Both the position numbers and the translations under genes were made by a program. The notes below the pieces were generated by a model. That model made no database searches. It had not been told where the DNA came from and worked only from the letters and a program-made list of their open reading frames with translations. From assembly GCA_963783435.1 (NCBI GenBank), contig CAWANQ010000002.1, forward strand, positions 329,044 to 393,043: a stretch of 64,000 nt of DNA. The letters are read 5' to 3'. The DNA comes from an uncultured Bacteroidota bacterium. GTDB lineage: Bacteria; Bacteroidota; Bacteroidia; Bacteroidales; GCA-2748055. Shown piece by piece: positions 37,979 through 46,126 of the stretch (positions are counted from its first letter, which is position 1; every line of letters starts with the position of its first letter).

Positions 37979-38970
37979 GCCTACCTGAAATGAAAGAACA
38001 ACAAGGCAATATCAGCAAGTTTATGCTTGAACATTTCAAGCATTTCAATTCAGCTGCCATGATCGATGCAGCCATAGGGTACGATAAACAGCTTGTACAG
38101 GGAAACAAAATGATGATCACCCTTGCCGGGGCCATGAGCACCGCTGAACTCGGGAAATCCCTGGCGGAGATGATCCGGCAGGATAAGGTTCACATCATCT
38201 CATGCACCGGGGCCAACCTGGAGGAAGATCTGATGAACCTGGTGGCCCATACTCACTACAAAAGAGTTCCGGAATACCGCGATTTAAGCCCTGAACAGGA
38301 GCGGGAGTTGCTGAACCGGGGTCTGAACCGTGTAACCGATACCTGTATCCCTGAAGAGGAAGCCTTCAGGCGCCTTCAGGAACATATTTTTGATATCTGG
38401 AAGGAAGCAGAAAGCAGAGGGGAACGGTATTTTCCTCATGAATACATGTACAATATGCTTAATTCGGGCGTGCTGGAACAATACTATGAGATCGATCCAC
38501 AGGACAGCTGGATGCTGGCCGCCGCTGAGAAAAGCCTCCCCATCGTGGTACCCGGATGGGAAGACTCCACCATGGGTAATATCTTTGCTTCCTATTGCAT
38601 CAAAGGGGAACTGCAAGCCCAAACTGTAAAATCGGGTATCGAATACATGATGTGGCTGGCCGACTGGTATACCAGGAATACCCGGGAGAAGGGTATCGGA
38701 TTCTTCCAGATAGGAGGAGGCATAGCAGGAGATTTCCCCATATGTGTGGTTCCCATGCTCTACCAGGACCTGGAGCGGACCAGCACGCCTTTCTGGAGCT
38801 ACTTCTGCCAGATATCCGATTCAACCACCAGCTACGGCTCCTATTCCGGTGCCGTCCCCAATGAAAAGATCACCTGGGGGAAACTGGATACCGACACCCC
38901 TAAGTTCATTGTCGAATCGGATGCCACGATTGTTGCCCCCCTGATTTTCGCTTACCTACTGGACTGGTAG
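37975..38970 (+). CDS. Deoxyhypusine-synthase-like protein (bacterial homospermidine-synthase-type)
   Basis: 331-aa ORF. The start is TTG at 37975 or ATG at 37990. The DHS-family pattern is ITLAGAMSTAELG...ISCTGANLEEDL...VPGWEDSTMGN...FQIGGGIAGDFP. Confidence 0.85.
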   Translation: MSLPEMKEQQGNISKFMLEHFKHFNSAAMIDAAIGYDKQLVQGNKMMITLAGAMSTAELGKSLAEMIRQDKVHIISCTGANLEEDLMNLVAHTHYKRVPEYRDLSPEQERELLNRGLNRVTDTCIPEEEAFRRLQEHIFDIWKEAESRGERYFPHEYMYNMLNSGVLEQYYEIDPQDSWMLAAAEKSLPIVVPGWEDSTMGNIFASYCIKGELQAQTVKSGIEYMMWLADWYTRNTREKGIGFFQIGGGIAGDFPICVVPMLYQDLERTSTPFWSYFCQISDSTTSYGSYSGAVPNEKITWGKLDTDTPKFIVESDATIVAPLIFAYLLDW

Positions 38971-39030
38971 TTTTGCGATTTAAGCTATAGTCAATAATTA
39001 GTAAATTGCAGGAACCTAAAGAAATATTAT

Positions 39031-39885
39031 ATGGAGAATTTTTTTGACAACCCTACGGTGAAGTATTCCTTTATCATAGTCGGGACATTGCTTGTTGCAT
39101 TAGTAATCTCTAAAATCCTTAGAATCATTATAAGCAGGTTTATCAAACTTTCTTCCAATAAGCTTAAAGTCGACCATACCCAGTTTAATTTCCTGAAGAA
39201 TGCAGTTACTTTCTTTGTGTTTCTAGGTGCGATAATCTTCATATTCTATACCATTCCAAAGTTAAAAACCCTCAGTTTAACCCTATTTGCCGGGGCAGGA
39301 ATCCTGACGGCCGTTGCCCTTTTTGCCTCTCAACAGGCATTTTCCAATATTGTGAGCGGGGTTTTCATTGTCATTTTTAAACCTTTCAGGGTCAATGACC
39401 TTGTGGATGTGGGAAATTTGCCCAAAGGCAGGGTTGAGGATATTACACTTCGACATACCGTTATCCGAAGTTTTGAAAACCGCAGGATGATTATTCCTAA
39501 TTCGGTGATAAGTTCTGAGATTCTGGTTAACTCGAGCATTGTGGATGAAACAATCTGCAATTTTATTGATATGGGAATAAGTTACGACTCGGATATCGAT
39601 AAGGCCATGCAGATTATGCACGATGAGGGAGTTGCGCACCCAAATTTTATTGATCACAGGTCAGAAGAGGAAATTAAAGAGGGCGTTTTACCAGTCACCA
39701 CCCGGGTGATGGGCTTTGGTGATTCGTCGGTCAACCTGCGGGCTTTTATTTGGTCAAAGGACCACAGCTCAGGATATGTAATGAAAACGGATCTCCATAA
39801 ATCCATCAAAGAACAGTTTGATAAGCAGGGTATAGAGATTCCCTTCCCGTATCGCACTATTGTTTATAAGGACAAAGAGAGATAG
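39031..39885 (+). CDS. Mechanosensitive channel, MscS family
   Basis: 284-aa ORF. The signature reads AGILTAVALFASQQAFSNIVSGVFIVIFKPFRVNDLVDV...GRVEDITLRHTVIRSFENRR. Confidence 0.87.
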   Translation: MENFFDNPTVKYSFIIVGTLLVALVISKILRIIISRFIKLSSNKLKVDHTQFNFLKNAVTFFVFLGAIIFIFYTIPKLKTLSLTLFAGAGILTAVALFASQQAFSNIVSGVFIVIFKPFRVNDLVDVGNLPKGRVEDITLRHTVIRSFENRRMIIPNSVISSEILVNSSIVDETICNFIDMGISYDSDIDKAMQIMHDEGVAHPNFIDHRSEEEIKEGVLPVTTRVMGFGDSSVNLRAFIWSKDHSSGYVMKTDLHKSIKEQFDKQGIEIPFPYRTIVYKDKER

Positions 39886-39969
39886 GAATCCTATCCCTTC
39901 CTGGTCTCGGGCACTTTATCCACTTTACAGCTTACAAAATGGTCACATACGCCTCTGCTCCCTTCTTTA

Positions 39970-39998
39970 TGTGACCTTTTCTCTGGAAATAGTCTTAA
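39970..39998 (+). promoter_or_regulatory. Predicted ECF-sigma-type promoter, site c (TGTGACCTTT-N11-AGTCTTAA)
   Basis: The sequence is TGTGACCTTTTCTCTGGAAATAGTCTTAA. The ATG at 40005 follows after 6 nt, and the next in-frame ATG is at 40014. Confidence 0.62.
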
Positions 39999-40004
39999 TA
40001 ACAT

Positions 40005-40832
40005 ATGAGCGATATGAATTCAACACCAGTAATTGAAGAATTAACAAGGATATTATCAGTCATTTGGGACTTCCTTTTGGGCATCGTCCCAAAACTCATC
40101 CTGGGACTTTTTGTTCTCCTGATAGGGTACATCATTGCACGAATTGTCCAATCCATAGTTACCCGAACTATTGGATATTTGAACAGGACCATAAATAGCA
40201 GACTGAAATCCCAGCTTCTACAGGTAAACCTGGACAGTTCAAAAACTTACATAGGGAAAACCTTCTATTGGATTATTATTATAATTTTTGTTTCTCTATT
40301 TACCGAGATACTTGGTCTTCCAGTAATTACCTTGTGGCTCAAAGGTTTAAGCGAATATCTGCCTAACATTCTGGCTGCTGTAATAATCATTTTCTCAGGA
40401 ATTATATTTGGCAGATTGGTATCTGACCTGGTAAGAAACGGAGCATTAAAAGCGGGTATATCCAATAGCAATACACTGAGTAAATTAACCCGCTATGTGA
40501 TCATGATCATTGCCATTATTATTGCCATTGATCAGATCGGATTTGATATTACATTCCTTACACAACTTATCTATATTCTGCTTGCCACGTTTCTCATAGG
40601 AGCTGCTCTGGCTTTTGGTATAGGCGCCAAAACATCAGTGAGTAATATACTGGCTGCCTACTATGTGAATAGAAGCTTCAAGGAGGGAGACATCATCAGG
40701 ATGGGAAAACATGAAGGAAAAATTATAAAACTTAGCTCCACTTCAATTACCCTTAAAACAGAATTAGGGGAGGTAAACATCCCAGCCAAAGAATTTCATG
40801 AAAAGCAATCTATTCTAATCGACAAAGGCTAA
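40005..40832 (+). CDS. MscS-related membrane protein ('conserved TM helix' repeats + short MscS beta-domain)
   Basis: 275-aa ORF with several TM helices. The C-terminus (FKEGDIIRMGKHEGKIIKLSSTSITLKTELGEVNIP) resembles the MscS beta-domain. Confidence 0.6.
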   Translation: MSDMNSTPVIEELTRILSVIWDFLLGIVPKLILGLFVLLIGYIIARIVQSIVTRTIGYLNRTINSRLKSQLLQVNLDSSKTYIGKTFYWIIIIIFVSLFTEILGLPVITLWLKGLSEYLPNILAAVIIIFSGIIFGRLVSDLVRNGALKAGISNSNTLSKLTRYVIMIIAIIIAIDQIGFDITFLTQLIYILLATFLIGAALAFGIGAKTSVSNILAAYYVNRSFKEGDIIRMGKHEGKIIKLSSTSITLKTELGEVNIPAKEFHEKQSILIDKG

Positions 40833-40834
40833 AT

Positions 40835-41668
40835 ATGGATAGCGACTCAATCATTATTGAACAATTTATATTGAAGTATAGCAAGGAAGCATCAAAGGCT
40901 CTGGAAAAATTTGAACCTGACGAATTGCTGCCTTTCTTTGAGAATAGTTCAGTGGCTGTAGTGTTGGCATTGGTTCAAGAGATGAATCCTCAGATAGTGC
41001 TTCAGGTATTTAAATTAATGAAAGTAGATAAATCTGTACGGCTTTTTGAGGCCATGAAAATACCCCAGGCGGAGCTGTTCATAAGAATGATGCCTGTTTC
41101 TGAGGCAGAACAAGTACTTAGCAGCTTATCTCCGCAAAAGTCACTCCACATAAGACGATTGCTTAAATATCTAAAAACATCTGTGGGCTCATATGTGGAT
41201 CAAACTGTCTTTACCCTCAATGAAAACCTGATCGTAAAAGAGGCTTTGGCTCAGGCTAAAAGACATAATTCCATCCTTGAACCTGAGCTGTTCGTTTTAA
41301 GCCCAGAGAGACAATTAGTAGGAGTAATAAAACTATCCAAACTGATTACTGAATTGCCAAAAAAAGAGATCAGGTCTATCATGGAAACCAACTTAGACAC
41401 AATTGCTCCAGAAACACCAATTCAGTCTGTATTAAATCACCCTGGGTGGCAAGATCGGTATTTAATGCCTGTTGTTGACACATCGAAAGTATTCCTGGGG
41501 GTCATCAATTTAGCAACAGTGCGTAAAATCAAGATCAAATCCGACAAAATTTTGAAAGATCATAGTAAGGATGCCATTGGTGCCCTTGGTGATCTGTACC
41601 ATATTGGAATAGCCGGCCTTTTAAGAGTTGCAACAGACTTAAAATCTGATACATATAATGGAGAATAG
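40835..41668 (+). CDS. Stand-alone MgtE-like cytosolic module (MgtE N-domain + CBS pair, no channel domain)
   Basis: 277-aa ORF. It has helical MgtE_N-like repeats and then a CBS-like pair (VKEALAQAKRH...LVGVIKLSKL; IQSVLNH...FLGVINLATV). It overlaps the mgtE start by 11 nt. Confidence 0.6.
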   Translation: MDSDSIIIEQFILKYSKEASKALEKFEPDELLPFFENSSVAVVLALVQEMNPQIVLQVFKLMKVDKSVRLFEAMKIPQAELFIRMMPVSEAEQVLSSLSPQKSLHIRRLLKYLKTSVGSYVDQTVFTLNENLIVKEALAQAKRHNSILEPELFVLSPERQLVGVIKLSKLITELPKKEIRSIMETNLDTIAPETPIQSVLNHPGWQDRYLMPVVDTSKVFLGVINLATVRKIKIKSDKILKDHSKDAIGALGDLYHIGIAGLLRVATDLKSDTYNGE

Positions 41669-42989
41669 TAAGGAAATTATAATCGAAGATCAAGTCCAGA
41701 AGCACTTATTGGAGGCCTATTTTAATAAATTCCCTCTGGATGCTGCGAATACTCTTTCTTCACTCAACATGGAGAAAGCCATTGAATATTTAAAGGGCCA
41801 ATCCCCTAAAACCGCAGGTCCGATTCTTTCAAGGATGATTCCTGACAAAGCAGCAGTCATATTGGAAAGCCTGGATTCTGATGATTTTAAACAACTCGTT
41901 GAGGCTCTCGATGTTTTTTTATCCGCTCGACTTATCGCGCGTTTCAATCCTAAGAATATAAAACATCGTTTGGAAATCTTATCCCCTGGAAAATCCAAGC
42001 AAATTAAAGAGCTGATTACATTTCCACCCGAATGTGCAGCTTTTATAATGGATCCCCAGGTGACATCCTTCAAGCATCACACCACGGCTAAAGAGGCCTT
42101 AAAGAGGATCCGTAGCCTTAAAGACCGTACCATCTATCAGGTTTGTTTGGTAGATGACGAAGGACATCTCACCAGCATTGTACCCTTACAAAATATTGCC
42201 GTATCTGAGCCAGATGAATCGCTGATAAACCTGGTTGATGGGCCCCAGGTAAGTATTAGTGCGTTATCACCACGTGAAGAGGTGATTAAAGTCATTGAAG
42301 AGAGTAAACTTATCAACTTGCCCGTTGTAGATACAAACAATTTCTTACTGGGAATGATTCGAAAAGACTCGATCATGAATGCAACCAAACTGGATGCTAC
42401 TCAAGATTTACAAGCCATGTTTGGTGCAGGTCGTGAAGAGAGAGCCCTTTCAAAGGTTTCACTGGCAGTTCGGAAACGTTTGCCCTGGCTTCAAATTAAC
42501 CTGGCTACGGCATTCCTTGCTGCATCGGTAGTGGCCATTTTTGAAGACACAATATCCAGAATCACTGTCCTGGCCGTCTTTCTGCCTGTGGTGGCCGGAC
42601 AATCTGGTAATACAGGTTCTCAGGCTTTGGCTGTAACCATGAGGGGACTGGCATTAAGAGAAATTGGCATCAGCTCCTGGTTCCGTGTGGCCAGAAAAGA
42701 GCTCACAGTTGGATTAATAAATGGAGTGGCAGTGGCATTAACCACCTCAGTGATCGTTTTTTTCTGGGCATCTTCTTTTGGGCTGGCTGTGGTGATTGGA
42801 ATTTCTATGATACTATCCATGACTATTGCAGGTTTCTCAGGAGCTATCATTCCCATGGTTTTGCAATCACTAGGTCAGGATCCGGCTTCTTCTTCATCCA
42901 TTATACTCACTACGGTAACAGATATTGTGGGCTTTCTAAGCTTCCTGGGCTTAGCTACTGCATTGGCAACCGTCCTGGGGATCGCCTAA
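41658..42989 (+). CDS. mgtE: Magnesium transporter MgtE
   Basis: 443-aa ORF with an N-domain, a CBS pair and a 5-TM channel domain. The signature is PVVAGQSGNTGSQALAVTMRGLALREI. Confidence 0.9.
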   Translation: MENSKEIIIEDQVQKHLLEAYFNKFPLDAANTLSSLNMEKAIEYLKGQSPKTAGPILSRMIPDKAAVILESLDSDDFKQLVEALDVFLSARLIARFNPKNIKHRLEILSPGKSKQIKELITFPPECAAFIMDPQVTSFKHHTTAKEALKRIRSLKDRTIYQVCLVDDEGHLTSIVPLQNIAVSEPDESLINLVDGPQVSISALSPREEVIKVIEESKLINLPVVDTNNFLLGMIRKDSIMNATKLDATQDLQAMFGAGREERALSKVSLAVRKRLPWLQINLATAFLAASVVAIFEDTISRITVLAVFLPVVAGQSGNTGSQALAVTMRGLALREIGISSWFRVARKELTVGLINGVAVALTTSVIVFFWASSFGLAVVIGISMILSMTIAGFSGAIIPMVLQSLGQDPASSSSIILTTVTDIVGFLSFLGLATALATVLGIA

Positions 42990-43068
42990 AAAAGATCTAA
43001 TTTCGTTGAAATTCTATACCAATATGAATTGTGGTAGCGTATCTTTACATGTGCTTAATTGAATTATT

Positions 43069-44163
43069 ATGTTTGAAGAACTGGCCAACGAAATCATAAA
43101 CCAATACAATGATGGCCGCTGGCAAAGTGCGGTTATTATCAGCATTCTGATACTTGCAGGAAGTCTTGTTATACATTTCATATCGTTTAAAATCTTAAAA
43201 CGCCTCGGTAATAAATCTGATAAACCCTTCTTAAAACTACTTTGGAATAAATTAAGAAAACCTAGCCTGGGTCTTATTCTAACTATAGCCATGGGTGTTA
43301 TTCTATTTGCATTTGCTCCCGAGAATGAGTTTGTCGAGATAATTATGCATCTCATAAAACTTTTCATCATTTTCTTCATTACCTGGGTAATTATCCGGCT
43401 GGTTAGGGTAAGTAGAGAAACTGTATTGGATCGATATGATATTGGGGAAAAAGACAACCTGAAAGCAAGAAGGGTCTATACCCAGTTTAAAATCATTGAG
43501 CGGATATTGGTTTTCATAGTGATTGTGATTGCGATTGCAGTTGCACTCTTGACCTTTGAACAGATAAGGAGAATAGGAGTGAGCCTTTTTGCATCTGCAG
43601 GTGTGGCTGGCATCATTCTGGGTTTTGCCGCACAAAAAATGATCGGAAATGTCTTGGCCGGATTCCAGATTGCTATTGCCCAACCTATCCGAATCGAGGA
43701 TGTGGTCATTGTGGAAAAGGAGTGGGGCTGGATCGAGGAAATTACCCTTACCTATGTGGTTGTCAGGATCTGGGATAAACGGCGGTTGATTTTACCCACG
43801 ACTTACTTCATAGAACAACCTTTTCAGAACTGGACCCGTGTTTCAGCCGATATACTTGGGACCGTATTTCTCTACACAGATTACACAGTCCCTATCGACA
43901 AATTGAGGGAGGAACTTACCAGAGTACTAAAATCGGATAAGAATTGGGATGGAAAAGTAAATGTGCTTCAGGTGACAGATTCAACTGAAAAAACAATGGA
44001 GATCAGGGCCCTGATGAGTTCGGCCGATTCGCCTTCTGCCTGGGATCTGAGGGTAAAGGTTCGGGAGAAACTAATCGATTTTCTGCAAAAAAATTACCCG
44101 GAATCCTTGCCAAAGTCAAGGCTTGATATTGCGCCAAACATAGATAAGCCAGATGTTGGTTAG
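43069..44163 (+). CDS. Mechanosensitive channel, MscS family (larger paralog)
   Basis: 364-aa ORF. The signature reads GVAGIILGFAAQKMIGNVLAGFQIAIAQPIRIEDVVIVEKEWGWIEEITLTYVVVRIWDKRR. Confidence 0.87.
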   Translation: MFEELANEIINQYNDGRWQSAVIISILILAGSLVIHFISFKILKRLGNKSDKPFLKLLWNKLRKPSLGLILTIAMGVILFAFAPENEFVEIIMHLIKLFIIFFITWVIIRLVRVSRETVLDRYDIGEKDNLKARRVYTQFKIIERILVFIVIVIAIAVALLTFEQIRRIGVSLFASAGVAGIILGFAAQKMIGNVLAGFQIAIAQPIRIEDVVIVEKEWGWIEEITLTYVVVRIWDKRRLILPTTYFIEQPFQNWTRVSADILGTVFLYTDYTVPIDKLREELTRVLKSDKNWDGKVNVLQVTDSTEKTMEIRALMSSADSPSAWDLRVKVREKLIDFLQKNYPESLPKSRLDIAPNIDKPDVG

Positions 44164-44178
44164 TTAGGCCAGGATCCC

Positions 44179-44919
44179 CTAGTTATTTTCTACGCTGTAG
44201 ATTTTTGAGTCTGGTTCCAATCTTTCTGAGGTCAGTCCCTTTTGATCGTAAGGAATGCTATTCAGAACATAACGCATGGCTTCTTTCCTGGCTTCATCTT
44301 TATTGTTTCCCTGCATGATAACCCAGGGCGATTTTAGGGTTCCTGTCCGTTTAAACATTTCCATCTTATAATGCGTGAAATCGTTCCATTTCATTTGAGC
44401 CTGCATATCCACCGTGCTGAGTTTCCAACTGATAAGAGGGTTGGTTTTCCTCTCCTCTAATCGTTTGTTTTGTTCATCCTTATGAATAGAGAACCAGAAT
44501 TTTATAATCTGGCAGCCGTCATCAATCAACATATCCTCAAGCTGGGTTACTTGATTCATAAATAAATTGTATTGATCCTTGTTGCAGAATCCCATAACTG
44601 GCTCTACAACTGCCCGGTTGTACCAGCTTCTGTCAAAGAAAACAATTTCACCAGGTTTTGGAAGATGAGAAATATACCTTTGAAAATACCATTGCCCGTT
44701 CTCAATATCGGTTGGTTTTCCAAGTGCAATAACCCGGTAAAAGCGGGGATTAATGTATCTGATAAATCGCATGATTGCCCCACCTTTCCCGGCACTGTCC
44801 CGTCCCTCAAATATGATTATTAAACGCTTTCTATTTTCAATAATCCATTTTTGCATCCGTACCATTTCAATCTGCAGATTGATGTATTCCGGATCGTTTT
44901 CTAAAGAGTGTAATCGCAT
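44179..44919 (-). CDS. ppk2: Polyphosphate kinase 2 family protein
   Basis: 246-aa ORF. It has the PPK2 Walker A context (IIFEGRDSAGKGGAI) and FDRSWYNRAVVEPV. Confidence 0.85.
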   Translation of the reverse strand: MRLHSLENDPEYINLQIEMVRMQKWIIENRKRLIIIFEGRDSAGKGGAIMRFIRYINPRFYRVIALGKPTDIENGQWYFQRYISHLPKPGEIVFFDRSWYNRAVVEPVMGFCNKDQYNLFMNQVTQLEDMLIDDGCQIIKFWFSIHKDEQNKRLEERKTNPLISWKLSTVDMQAQMKWNDFTHYKMEMFKRTGTLKSPWVIMQGNNKDEARKEAMRYVLNSIPYDQKGLTSERLEPDSKIYSVENN

Positions 44920-45100
44920 CTTGAATTTTGACTTTGTTAATCGTATTTAAATTGTACAATTTCACCGAATTCGTTCAGGCGGACGATATAGCTTAACTTC
45001 ATATTAGTTACCTGCAAACGATAAATAAACCCAGGAATACCAATGGCCTCTATCCTTTCTTTATGATCAGACCAAATCCATTCCCCGAATTCTGAATCCC

Positions 45101-45961
45101 TTAGATCCTCTTCTCCCGCATAACCAAGACCGGGACTTTAGACTTCAATGAAATCTCATTGCTTAAGCTTTCATGAAATATTGAATCGAGAAAATAGTGT
45201 TGCTGTTTTACAACAACTAGTAAATCAGCATTGCACTGTTCAACATATTGATTTACAGATTCAATAATTCTTTTGCCATGCAAGCTTTTAAATTCATGTC
45301 GCTTATTTTTTTCGATGGCTTGCATCACCATTCGATACGTATTTGATTGAGTCCATTCCTCCGCCTTTTCCTTCGATGAAATATGAATGAAATGAATGTT
45401 AGAATCGAACAACTTTGCATAGTTTGTTACATCGTGTAAGTATTGTTGGTAATTATTCAACTTTTTCAAATCTGTAGCGAACACGATATTTTTGACCGGC
45501 CTGTATTCAAAGCCAAATGGCACAACCAGTAGTGACGTCCTGTTTTTTTCAAATACATTGTCCCTAATAATTTTCACCTGCCTTCTATTGAATTCTCTGT
45601 TGTCAGATATGGGCAAAACAATTAAATCAACATCATCTTCCTGAGCGATATTTCTAATCTCATCAATAAATACACCATTCACAAACCGGTAATCGAATTT
45701 AATCTTCAAATCCGTATCCGTTATTGCATGTTTCTCAAGAAAATATTGATTGAACTTGCTGATGGCATTATATGCTTCAAACCAATTGATCTTCTTTAAG
45801 TTTTCATATTTCTCCTGGGTAATATCATTGCCAACTTCCACCCTAAAAGCATTGAGAATAATCAGCTCGGCATTAATAATTCTGGCGAACTTAATTCCAA
45901 AAATGTAACCCTCTCTGTAGACAGGATTCTCAAGCTCGAAAGGAAATAAAATCTTTCTCAT
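45101..45961 (-). CDS. Tandem universal stress protein (UspA family)
   Basis: 286-aa ORF with two Usp-like halves (KILFPFELENP...; NIVFATDLKK...VPVLVM). Confidence 0.7.
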   Translation of the reverse strand: MRKILFPFELENPVYREGYIFGIKFARIINAELIILNAFRVEVGNDITQEKYENLKKINWFEAYNAISKFNQYFLEKHAITDTDLKIKFDYRFVNGVFIDEIRNIAQEDDVDLIVLPISDNREFNRRQVKIIRDNVFEKNRTSLLVVPFGFEYRPVKNIVFATDLKKLNNYQQYLHDVTNYAKLFDSNIHFIHISSKEKAEEWTQSNTYRMVMQAIEKNKRHEFKSLHGKRIIESVNQYVEQCNADLLVVVKQQHYFLDSIFHESLSNEISLKSKVPVLVMREKRI

Positions 45962-45978
45962 GACACCACCTTTATTCT

Positions 45979-46008
45979 TTTAGACACCGTATCTATGAAA
46001 TGGTCACT
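45979..46008 (-). promoter_or_regulatory. Predicted ECF-sigma-type promoter, site b (AGTGACCATT-N12-TGTCTAAA)
   Basis: The reverse complement of 45979-46008 is AGTGACCATTTCATAGATACGGTGTCTAAA. It ends 17 nt before the ATG at 45961. Confidence 0.55.
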
Positions 46009-46126
46009 TGGGGGGAAATGGGCAAATGAGATAGAATACGAGTTAGGGATGTATTACTTATATCAAAATCCAGTTTTGATTTCAAAAAAAAAAGCATCAT
46101 CTTGATATTTCTAGACCCTCCAAATC

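Noticed and set aside
39938-39950. An inverted copy of the first box (AATGGTCACAT, i.e. TGTGACCATT on the minus strand) 20 nt upstream of site c.
   Set aside because: Read on the minus strand, it has no GTCTNAA partner at N11/12 and no minus-strand gene to serve. It may be an auxiliary or palindromic half-site, but I do not count it as a promoter.
44950-45100. An open frame between USP2 and ppk2 reading ...GEWIWSDHKERIEAIGIPGFIYRLQVTNMKLSYIVRLNEFGEIVQFKYD*.
   Set aside because: There is no usable start codon except late ones that give 21-26 aa. It may be a gene remnant, but I cannot assign it.
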